The notes beneath the pieces were generated by a model, which did not search any database, was not told the DNA's origin, and saw nothing but the letters and a program-made list of their open reading frames with translations. A program made the position numbers and the translations under genes. Positions 52,362 through 58,934 of a stretch of 58,934 bases of DNA are shown piece by piece. Source of the stretch: an uncultured archaeon (GTDB taxonomy: Archaea > Aenigmatarchaeota > Aenigmatarchaeia > QMZP01 > QMZT01); NCBI GenBank assembly GCA_964447525.1, contig CAYUSU010000002.1:23362-82295 (forward strand). The letters run 5' to 3'. The first letter of the stretch is position 1. Every line of letters begins with the position of its first letter.

Positions 52362-53159
52362 TCACCCTATGTATCTTAGCTGCTCGTCTCCCTTGGTTCC
52401 CTTCTGTTGGGTGCTCTTGGTTATGTCCATGAGCGCGCGCTTCTGGAGAGCCTCCACCTTCCTGATGAAGTTCTCCATCTCTTTCACCTTCTTCTCCAGT
52501 TTTGTCATGTCAATATCGAGTTTGAGTATCTTCATGACGGTTCCAAGAACATGTTCTGCCGCCTTCGGGTCGGTGACAATAGGAAAACCGGTGGTCTGCC
52601 CTAACAGGCATATCCCGTTCTTGTCCCTCTCCTTCCACAAACCAAGTAACAGCCCCGCCGCTCCGACAATGTATCCTACCTTCTCGCCCGCCTTGAAGTC
52701 TATCCCGAGATCCCCGTATTTTTTCATGATACTCTTGTCAGTCACGGCCCCGATCACCTTTTTCTTCCCTTCAAGCTCACCGGTCGCAAGACCGCCTATG
52801 GTCATGATTTCCTTTACGCCGATCTCCTCTGAAAAATCAAGTATTTTTTCGCAGACCTCGTAATGGCCCTGCGGACTAAGCGATTGGCAGTCTCCTACCA
52901 GAAAGACGATGTCTCTTTGTCCCTTTTTCTTTGCCTTGACGTAATAGAATTCGTTCTTCAGCAAATGCACCTTGTAATTGTCGTGAAGCATGACGAACGG
53001 GAAGAACCACTTGGAATACAAATCAGCGCATTTTTTCGCTCCAAGTTCCTCCAGTAAATATCCCACTGCCACTCTTCCGATATTTCCGACTCCCGGAAGA
53101 CCCTCGATCAGAATGGCGTTGTTCAGTTTTACTTTCTCAATGACCTTGATAGTTGTCAT
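52362..53159 (-). CDS. PAC2-family proteasome assembly chaperone
   Basis: LIEGLPGVGNIGRVAVGYLLEEL N-terminus and a coiled C-terminal tail, as in archaeal PbaA/PbaB. Confidence 0.8.
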   Translation of the reverse strand: MTTIKVIEKVKLNNAILIEGLPGVGNIGRVAVGYLLEELGAKKCADLYSKWFFPFVMLHDNYKVHLLKNEFYYVKAKKKGQRDIVFLVGDCQSLSPQGHYEVCEKILDFSEEIGVKEIMTIGGLATGELEGKKKVIGAVTDKSIMKKYGDLGIDFKAGEKVGYIVGAAGLLLGLWKERDKNGICLLGQTTGFPIVTDPKAAEHVLGTVMKILKLDIDMTKLEKKVKEMENFIRKVEALQKRALMDITKSTQQKGTKGDEQLRYIG

Positions 53160-53236
53160 AAAAATGCCTCAGATTAATATTATTACTTACTTCTTTTCGA
53201 TATTTATATATAAAAAGATATCTGGCAAATTACAAT

Positions 53237-53491
53237 CTATTCTAAACCCTTTTTTACAACGGCTTTGAAAAATCCATCCGATTCATCTTCAAATTCACTC
53301 ACATTATCTTTCAGTTTTTTCCTGTCCCCGGCTGAGAGCGGCTTTTCGAAATGATATATGGTTTTGTCATTCCCCATGTTCATGGAAGAAACGCGATATC
53401 CGAGATCTCCGAATCGCTCTATGAAATATTTGGACAATATTTCCCCGTTGCTTGACTTCCAGTTTATTTTTAAATTATTCCGCCATGACAT
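53237..53491 (-). CDS. hypothetical protein
   Basis: 84-aa ORF with no motif. Confidence 0.4.
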   Translation of the reverse strand: MSWRNNLKINWKSSNGEILSKYFIERFGDLGYRVSSMNMGNDKTIYHFEKPLSAGDRKKLKDNVSEFEDESDGFFKAVVKKGLE

Positions 53492-53540
53492 GATAAAAAG
53501 TTGAAAATAAACCTTTTATTCCTTTCCGTGTCCATTTTTA

Positions 53541-53550
53541 TTTAAAAATA
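53541..53550 (+). promoter_or_regulatory. TATA-box-like element upstream of tRNA-Glu
   Basis: TTTAAAAATA at -32 to -23 from tRNA nucleotide 1. Confidence 0.45.
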
Positions 53551-53595
53551 CCGCATACATTATTGTAACATTGCCCCTGTAGTCTAGCTGGCCAA

Positions 53596-53617
53596 AGTCG
53601 CGAAAGCGAGCGGCTAT
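53596..53617 (+). other. predicted tRNA-Glu intron 1 (22 nt, D-loop/D-stem junction)
   Basis: BHB with central helix GGCC/GGCT and bulges AAA and ATG. The inner hairpin GTCGC-GAAA-GCGA(G)C has a GNRA loop. Confidence 0.65.
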
Positions 53618-53654
53618 GGATACCGGCCTCTCGAGCCGGTGACCCGGGTTCAAA

Positions 53655-53726
53655 ATCAGCCCTTTTCTTCCCGAAGAAAAGGTTTGAGATCCCAAAAGAA
53701 GGGATTTACAGATTCGCTGATGAAAC
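53655..53726 (+). other. predicted tRNA-Glu intron 2 (72 nt, T-loop 59/60)
   Basis: BHB with central helix TTCA/TGAA (perfect), bulges AAA and ACT, and inner helix TCAGC/GCTGA (perfect). There are two internal hairpins. Confidence 0.75.
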
Positions 53727-53773
53727 TCCCGGCGGGGGCATATTTATTTTCTGACAGATAAATTTCAACTAAT

Positions 53774-54886
53774 ATGAAAATATATTTTGTCTTTATACTC
53801 ATTCTGATTATTCTCATGAGTGGCTGTGTAAGTCAGGAAAAATCTTTTGATAATGAATCTGGATATGAAAATAACAACATAACCGGAGTTGTCAATAACG
53901 ATGGAAACTCTTTTGAGGAAAACAATGGAGATTCTAACAATGAGAAAATAGAAAAAACAAATTGTCCTCCCATATTTACTAATGAATTCACTGATTTTTC
54001 AAAAATAAATGCATTCGGGTCGATTGGATCAATTACGGGAGCATCACGTGGTAGAAGTTATATCGAAATAAAAGAAGGAGAGAATGTACCTGTTTATGCT
54101 CCAGTGGATGCTACATTGATTTCAGTTATTTATGCATATCGCGGACCTGAAGCTGATCATGGAGAATACGGGTTCCTTTTCGATGCCGGGTGCGGTGTGT
54201 CATTCCTACTCGACCATCTGGACTCGGTATCTGAAGAACTGAAAGAATACGCTCCCGAAGAACCGTCAAGGTCGACCGCCACAAGCGATCGTATTTCTGT
54301 TCCGATCAAAGGAGGAACTTTGCTGGGCTATACGGACGGCACTCCCGGTGCAAGGACTTTCGACTTCCTCGTACTTGACGAAGAAAACGAGAATTTCTAC
54401 ATCAACCCGCAAAGATGGGAATGGGAGCAGTCTCTCTACTCGGTCTGCCCGTATGACTTTTACGAAGATGACCTGAAGGAGAAATATTACCAGAAGATCG
54501 GGATAGTGAATGCCGGAGAATTGGTAAAGGCGGATGACTGCGGGCATATATCTTATGACGTGGAAAACACGATATCCGGCGGATGGTTCAGGGACGATGA
54601 TTCCACTGATCTCAATGGCGAATACGCGCTGATCGGGGAACGAGTGGGATTCGTCGACGTCGTGGTCAAAACAGAGAGGGAGGGCGTATTATTGCGGATA
54701 ACTGATTATGAGCCCGGCCGCCTTCCAGTGGACGTCGGCATCGGGGAATCGGTCTGCTATGAGGGCTTTTCCGATGACTGGGTGTATCTTCATCTGGTCG
54801 ACGGCAATACTATCGAGATAAGCAGCGGCAATGGAGAATGCCCAGAAAGTCTCCCGGAAGATGGCTGGACGAGGTATTACAGGTAA
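53774..54886 (+). CDS. putative lipoprotein / secreted protein
   Basis: Signal helix followed by a lipobox-like LMSGC and an Asn-rich linker. No catalytic motif recognised. Confidence 0.6.
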   Translation: MKIYFVFILILIILMSGCVSQEKSFDNESGYENNNITGVVNNDGNSFEENNGDSNNEKIEKTNCPPIFTNEFTDFSKINAFGSIGSITGASRGRSYIEIKEGENVPVYAPVDATLISVIYAYRGPEADHGEYGFLFDAGCGVSFLLDHLDSVSEELKEYAPEEPSRSTATSDRISVPIKGGTLLGYTDGTPGARTFDFLVLDEENENFYINPQRWEWEQSLYSVCPYDFYEDDLKEKYYQKIGIVNAGELVKADDCGHISYDVENTISGGWFRDDDSTDLNGEYALIGERVGFVDVVVKTEREGVLLRITDYEPGRLPVDVGIGESVCYEGFSDDWVYLHLVDGNTIEISSGNGECPESLPEDGWTRYYR

Positions 54887-55456
54887 TTAAGTTCCGAACT
54901 TTATGTTATTCCTCATACGTCTTACGATATCTTTTACTCGCTTATTTTTGGTTTCTTCCCTGACAGCCCTCTCAATAGAATAAATAAAATGTCTCCTGTA
55001 GGATGGTGCCATTTTCTCGAAGTTTCCCTTTGCCTTCTTGTCCTTGGATAGAGCCTTTTCTAGTATGTCTGGAATCTTTGGATTTCTGGGAAGTCCGTGA
55101 TCTATGGTGGACTTTTTCAGACCCTCTCTGTACATCTTCAATCCTTCCGGAGTCATTTTACCTTCCTTTATGAGTCTCCGGGCATATTTCTGTGTGTTGT
55201 TGCTCCATCTGCTATTTTCATTCCTTCTGACAAAACACTGTGCGTATCTCTCATCATCTATCCTATTCACAGTGGTATCTATCCATCCAAAACAAATAGC
55301 TTCTTCCATTGCTTCTTTAGGGGTTATTGTAGGCTTTCCGGTGTGTTTTTTGTATCTAATAAGATAAACCTTATTCTCCTTATTGTGGTTTTTTTCCAGC
55401 CATGCTCTCCATTCTTCCCGGCTATTAGCGTGGAAAGTCTTCCTTTCGGACATCAA
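54887..55456 (-). CDS. YdeI/OmpD-associated family protein
   Basis: WRAWLEKNHNKENKVYLIRYKK...EEAICFGWIDT matches the YdeI/OmdA family pattern. Confidence 0.8.
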   Translation of the reverse strand: MMSERKTFHANSREEWRAWLEKNHNKENKVYLIRYKKHTGKPTITPKEAMEEAICFGWIDTTVNRIDDERYAQCFVRRNENSRWSNNTQKYARRLIKEGKMTPEGLKMYREGLKKSTIDHGLPRNPKIPDILEKALSKDKKAKGNFEKMAPSYRRHFIYSIERAVREETKNKRVKDIVRRMRNNIKFGT

Positions 55457-55578
55457 AATTACCCACTTAACTAATGATATTCATACTAATTATTTTTTAC
55501 TGAAATAATCGATAGAATTTAAACATTGAAATATACTGGCGGGGGCATATCTTTCCGTCTGATTCATGCGAATGAGCG

Positions 55579-57135
55579 TTAATCCGATTTTACATCCGTT
55601 CTGACCACCGGTGTCAGGCCCCCATCACCGGTACCTTCATCCGTTCTAATTTCCGGTTTCAATCCTCCGTCGCCAGTACCTATTTCATTTTTAACTTCCG
55701 GTTTAAGTCCGCCATCTCCGGTACCTTCGACTGTTCTAACCTCGGTGGTCAGGTTTCCGTTACCCCCGTCCACCACATTATCATTCCTGACTTCCCGTGT
55801 AACATTTGCAAAAGTCCTTTCCTTAATTTGTACCTCCATCCCTTCTATCTCCTCTTTCATCACTTCAACCATCGTTTGTCCCTCTGTCCCGTTAATATCA
55901 ACCGTGTTTTGCCCGGAGCTGTTTTCAAAATTTTCCACGATCGCATCTATCTCCTTTCCAATGATGTAATTCACCAGTCCCTCTTCATCCCTGACGATCG
56001 TGATCTTTCCGCATTTTTCTTCCATGAAACTGTTGTTTTCGTCATAACACTGAGGAATAGACTCCTGCATCGTCGGTTCTTTATCACCGGAACCTCCGCA
56101 TTCATCTTCCAAAAAATTACCTTCATCGTCCCAGCATTTCGAACTTCCTTCTTTCAGGTAATTGTACTGCTCGCATTCGGGTTTGTCATTTTCATTATAA
56201 CATTCGGGCGGGACATCGGATTTTTCTATGTCGTAATCTATCATGTCAGATTTCTGTTCGAATAAATTTCTTAAGAAATCCGGAACGAAACTCTCCGCAA
56301 CGGGTTTCATGGAACTTAATTCACCGCACGCTCCTTCATCCTCCCCGTATTCGCACCTTACCGCCAGGGCAACCATTTTCCGGCATTTAGACCTTTCGGA
56401 TTCGTCGGAAACGTCGTCGCAGTTGCACGTCCCGGGGTCATCGATGCAGCTCCTTATGTCGAGCATTAACCGGTTGAATGACTTTTCCTGTATGCTTTTC
56501 AGCTCCTTCAGCTCGTTCTGCAGTCCCAGAGGCGCTGTCTCAGGGTTGCATTTCTCTTCCCGCAACATCAAGGCATAATCCTCCTTGGCGAGCTCTTTGC
56601 AGAAAATAAATATCTTCCCGGTGAGTTCCGCCGTAAGCTGCGTCCCCTCCTCCTCCAGAATATAATCATCGAACTGTTCGGGGAGGCCGGTTTCATTATT
56701 GATCAGTCCGATGGTCTCTTCGACATTGCTTTTGACCTCCTCGATCATGTCCAAAGAGACCGTTTCCCTGACCGACTGGAGCCTTTTCTTCGCATTTTCA
56801 AGATTCCGGACAGCCTCATCCAGATTATCGTTTTTCGCGTTCGCTATAGCCGAATTCAGTTCTTTCCCCCTGATCTCAAGGTTAAGGCTCGTCCTGTCGT
56901 CCCCGTAAGTGAAGAACAGCCTGATCTCATCCAGAAAACCTTCAAACATGGAATACGTCTGCATCCGAGGCTGATCAGGCTGGGATTGTGAATCAACAAG
57001 GGGTGATGCGATCAGCATGCCCAAAAAAACGCCCAAAACCAGAAGCGATGCCATAGCGGCATCCCTGCATCCATTCCTTTTCATACTATGATATAATTGA
57101 TCTTGGTAATAGAATAGATTTATCATTAAGGTCAT
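55579..57135 (-). CDS. secreted Cys-rich protein with C-terminal 15-aa tandem repeats
   Basis: N-terminal TM/signal (MASLLVLGVFLGMLIASPLV) and many Cys in the middle part. The C-terminus repeats E[VI][RK].....GTGDGGL[KT]P. Confidence 0.65.
   Translation of the reverse strand: MTLMINLFYYQDQLYHSMKRNGCRDAAMASLLVLGVFLGMLIASPLVDSQSQPDQPRMQTYSMFEGFLDEIRLFFTYGDDRTSLNLEIRGKELNSAIANAKNDNLDEAVRNLENAKKRLQSVRETVSLDMIEEVKSNVEETIGLINNETGLPEQFDDYILEEEGTQLTAELTGKIFIFCKELAKEDYALMLREEKCNPETAPLGLQNELKELKSIQEKSFNRLMLDIRSCIDDPGTCNCDDVSDESERSKCRKMVALAVRCEYGEDEGACGELSSMKPVAESFVPDFLRNLFEQKSDMIDYDIEKSDVPPECYNENDKPECEQYNYLKEGSSKCWDDEGNFLEDECGGSGDKEPTMQESIPQCYDENNSFMEEKCGKITIVRDEEGLVNYIIGKEIDAIVENFENSSGQNTVDINGTEGQTMVEVMKEEIEGMEVQIKERTFANVTREVRNDNVVDGGNGNLTTEVRTVEGTGDGGLKPEVKNEIGTGDGGLKPEIRTDEGTGDGGLTPVVRTDVKSD
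55596..55775 (-). repeat. about four tandem 45-nt coding repeats
   Basis: Units of the type ccgttct..ccggt.t.a.gcc.cc.tc.ccggtacc recur with 45-nt period and encode the GTGDGGLKP repeats. Confidence 0.7.
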
Positions 57136-57248
57136 ACGGGTTCAAATGACGACGGGGACACTAAACTGTTTAAACATTTGTTTTTAAAACTAAGTTGAAA
57201 TCTCTAAATATGAGTAAATTAGAAGAAATAAAATCTTTGATTTCTATG

Positions 57249-58226
57249 TTACAAATCCACATCAGTAATTTTTCCTATAATTATCCTATAGATGGCTTTT
57301 TGTTCACTTTTCTTTGATTTTGACTCGGCATAAGTCCCTTTGAATTTTGAAATGTATCTTTGTTTTTTATGATATTTTTTAATATTTTTAATAATTAGAT
57401 TTATCGTTTTATAGATTTGAATTAACTCCTTACAATCGCTTATTGTTGATGATACTAACTCTAACCCACCAAATTCATTAAAAAATACAATTATGTCAAT
57501 AAATGAGCCCTCTTGAATAACGGAAATTTTAAAATCAAAATAACCATCAATTTTTCTTGATAATTCAAAATGATTTTTTGATTTTATTTTCATTGTGAAT
57601 TTCTTTTCATTTGTAAATTGGTCACGTAAGGTTTGATAAGTAGCTTTAACACCTTCTCCAAGTATTTCAATTTTTATGTTACCAACATGCCAATATTCCA
57701 TTGTGGTAGAATAAGATTTTACTATCCACGCTTTCGGTATAAGTCCTAATGTGACTTTTATCAGTGAATAATTGTTATTTTCCTCTTTATAATTTTCTTT
57801 AAATTTTGATAAGAACTCTTTGGATAACTCGATAAGATCTTTTTTTGTTGAAGAAAAAACAATTTGTTTTGTATTGTTTAAATCACCCACATCAACTCTT
57901 TTTCTGAAGAATCTAATTTTATTTCCATAAGAATTCAATAAAAAATATAAAAAATCATACATTTTTTTATTTGCTAATGACAAAAAGACATTCTCTTGAT
58001 CTTTTTCCGAATAATAAGTAAGTATAATATTATAAATTTTTAGGATTGGGATGTTGAAAAGTTCACTGAGAATAACATATAATATTGGTATTAAGATTAT
58101 TATTAAAGAAATGGACAATAACGGATTTATTTGAAAAGTGAAACCTATTATGAGACCTAAAATAAATAATATAAGATCTTTAATTATGATTGCTTTCATT
58201 CTCCCACTCTCGCATATGAACGCCAA
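57249..58226 (-). CDS. hypothetical membrane-anchored protein in AT-rich island
   Basis: The track ORF starts at TTG, and an internal ATG (MKAIIIKDL) is the likely true start. There are 2-3 N-terminal TM spans, then a Lys/Ile/Asn-rich soluble part. I could not exactly reconcile my base counting with the track coordinates here (discrepancies of 1-2 nt), so track coordinates are used. Confidence 0.5.
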   Translation of the reverse strand: MAFICESGRMKAIIIKDLILFILGLIIGFTFQINPLLSISLIIILIPILYVILSELFNIPILKIYNIILTYYSEKDQENVFLSLANKKMYDFLYFLLNSYGNKIRFFRKRVDVGDLNNTKQIVFSSTKKDLIELSKEFLSKFKENYKEENNNYSLIKVTLGLIPKAWIVKSYSTTMEYWHVGNIKIEILGEGVKATYQTLRDQFTNEKKFTMKIKSKNHFELSRKIDGYFDFKISVIQEGSFIDIIVFFNEFGGLELVSSTISDCKELIQIYKTINLIIKNIKKYHKKQRYISKFKGTYAESKSKKSEQKAIYRIIIGKITDVDL

Positions 58227-58390
58227 TTATAAATAAAAATATAAATAAAAGACATAAAAACAAAGTTTAAACATAAAATCTGTACAATTCTATGTTCCCG
58301 CGACCATTTACACTGAATTCGAAATTTCCCCAGATTTAATAATGAGAATTAGATGATCAGCAGGAATCCTCTCCCATCACCGCAATCTTT

Positions 58391-58410
58391 TGTAACACTA
58401 TGTAACACTA
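58391..58410 (+). promoter_or_regulatory. perfect tandem 10-bp direct repeat upstream of the last gene
   Basis: tgtaacacta tgtaacacta is immediately followed by the AT-rich TATA-like ttattttatatttatag, ~35-55 nt upstream of the ATG at 58445. Confidence 0.3.
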
Positions 58411-58444
58411 TTATTTTATATTTATAGATATTGAATTCTACTAA

Positions 58445-58934
58445 ATGAAAGATTCTGGTACAGAAGTATTTGATTTTCTTTGTGAAGAGTTCCTTGTAAA
58501 AGAGAATGAAAACCCGGTGAATTTGAAAGATCTTGAGGTTGGTTGGATAAAACCAGAAAAATATTCAATCCATCACAAAAACACAGTGAAAGTGTCTCAT
58601 GACATAATTCTGGAATATGATGGAGGGGCTTTACTGGTTGTTAGAAAAAAGTATCCCGCTAAAGATATGTTATGGCCTCTTGGTGGAGCAATTTCGAGGG
58701 GGGTACCAATGATAGAATCATTAAAAAAGAGGGTGTACAGTGAATCAAATATTGAACTAGTTCATGTAAAACCTGTTGGTTTGGGAAGAACATTCTTCAG
58801 TACAGATCCACATTTTCATGGTAAGGGATCAGATACATTTAACGTTATGTTTTTCGGTAGAGGTGAGGGAGAACTGCAACTGGATGATGACCACGGGGAT
58901 CCGGTCATAGTAAAACCTGATAATTATAAAGATT
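58445..58934 (+). CDS. partial CDS running off the window, NUDIX-like hydrolase candidate
   Basis: Open from ATG 58445 to the window end. LWPLGGAISRGVPMIESLKKRVYSESNI loosely fits the Nudix box G-x5-E-x7-R-E-x2-E-E. This is a weak call. Confidence 0.4.
   Translation, partial: MKDSGTEVFDFLCEEFLVKENENPVNLKDLEVGWIKPEKYSIHHKNTVKVSHDIILEYDGGALLVVRKKYPAKDMLWPLGGAISRGVPMIESLKKRVYSESNIELVHVKPVGLGRTFFSTDPHFHGKGSDTFNVMFFGRGEGELQLDDDHGDPVIVKPDNYKD

Larger units (their letters stand above)
53573..53740 (+). tRNA. tRNA-Glu (anticodon CUC at 53630..53632) with two predicted introns
   Basis: Acceptor GCCCCTG/CGGGGGC (one G:U). Anticodon arm CCGGC-CTCTCGA-GCCGG. T arm CCGGG/CCCGG. Splicing gives the D region GTCT-AGCTGGCCAA-GGAT and T loop TTCAAAT. 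The mature length is 74 nt. Confidence 0.8.

Noticed and set aside
57139-57160. A GGGTTCAAAT string resembling a tRNA T arm next to the AT-rich island. Considered as a tRNA fragment or att site.
   Set aside because: The flanking sequence cannot form a T stem or acceptor stem on either strand.
1-58934. A search for CRISPR arrays, rRNA genes, transposases or integrases.
   Set aside because: No spaced direct-repeat array, no rRNA-like segments, and no transposase or integrase motifs were seen. The only tandem repeats are the 45-nt coding repeats (55596..55775) and the 2 x 10-bp repeat at 58391..58410.

Overview
This is an archaeal chromosomal window. That is an inference from eL19, eS1, aSUI1, Rpp29, RpoK, PCNA, RadB, Cbf5, diphthine synthase and a type-2 Met aminopeptidase. 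Gene packing is dense and many ribosomal proteins carry Lys-rich tails, which suggests a small-genome (DPANN-like) lineage, though I cannot place it from sequence alone. I support about 75 protein genes. They include two fragments of the ribosomal-protein supercluster (L4-L23-L2-S19-L22-S3-L29-SUI1-Rpp29, and S2-L19e-L18), MetRS, RecJ-like nuclease, Get3/ArsA, AhcY, bacterial-type MetK, topoisomerase IA, an Lhr-type helicase, FtsY, an orphan mrpEFG trio, enolase, a PAC2 chaperone and several lineage-specific hypotheticals. The main signal is in the tRNA genes, not the ORF track. I find six tRNA genes (Thr-GGU, initiator-like Met-CAU, Gly-GCC, Leu-CAA, Ser-GGA, Glu-CUC). Five of them are interrupted by 12 hand-predicted bulge-helix-bulge (BHB) introns at non-canonical positions: D-loop, 29/30, 30/31, 32/33, 37/38, 43/44, variable arm and 59/60. 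The Met gene appears to carry four introns. Its 3' exon is overlapped antisense by an AT-rich free-standing LAGLIDADG homing-endonuclease ORF. Other points worth a second look are listed here.
- A MetRS with an inserted PheRS-beta-type B3/4 domain.
- A TrmB regulator with a triplicated effector domain, flanked by paralogous unknown genes.
- A 30-aa ultra-basic eL41-like micro-ORF and a 49-aa 8-Cys zinc-ribbon micro-ORF, both missing from the ORF track.
- A small membrane protein adjacent to Get3 with no gap (stop TAG directly followed by the ATG).
- Two orphan CheY receivers.
- metK transcribed divergently from an HTH-CBS regulator.
- An AT-rich ~1.1 kb island bounded by a 10-bp direct repeat.
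All intron boundaries were derived by eye and need computational and RNA-level confirmation. No CRISPR array or rRNA was found.
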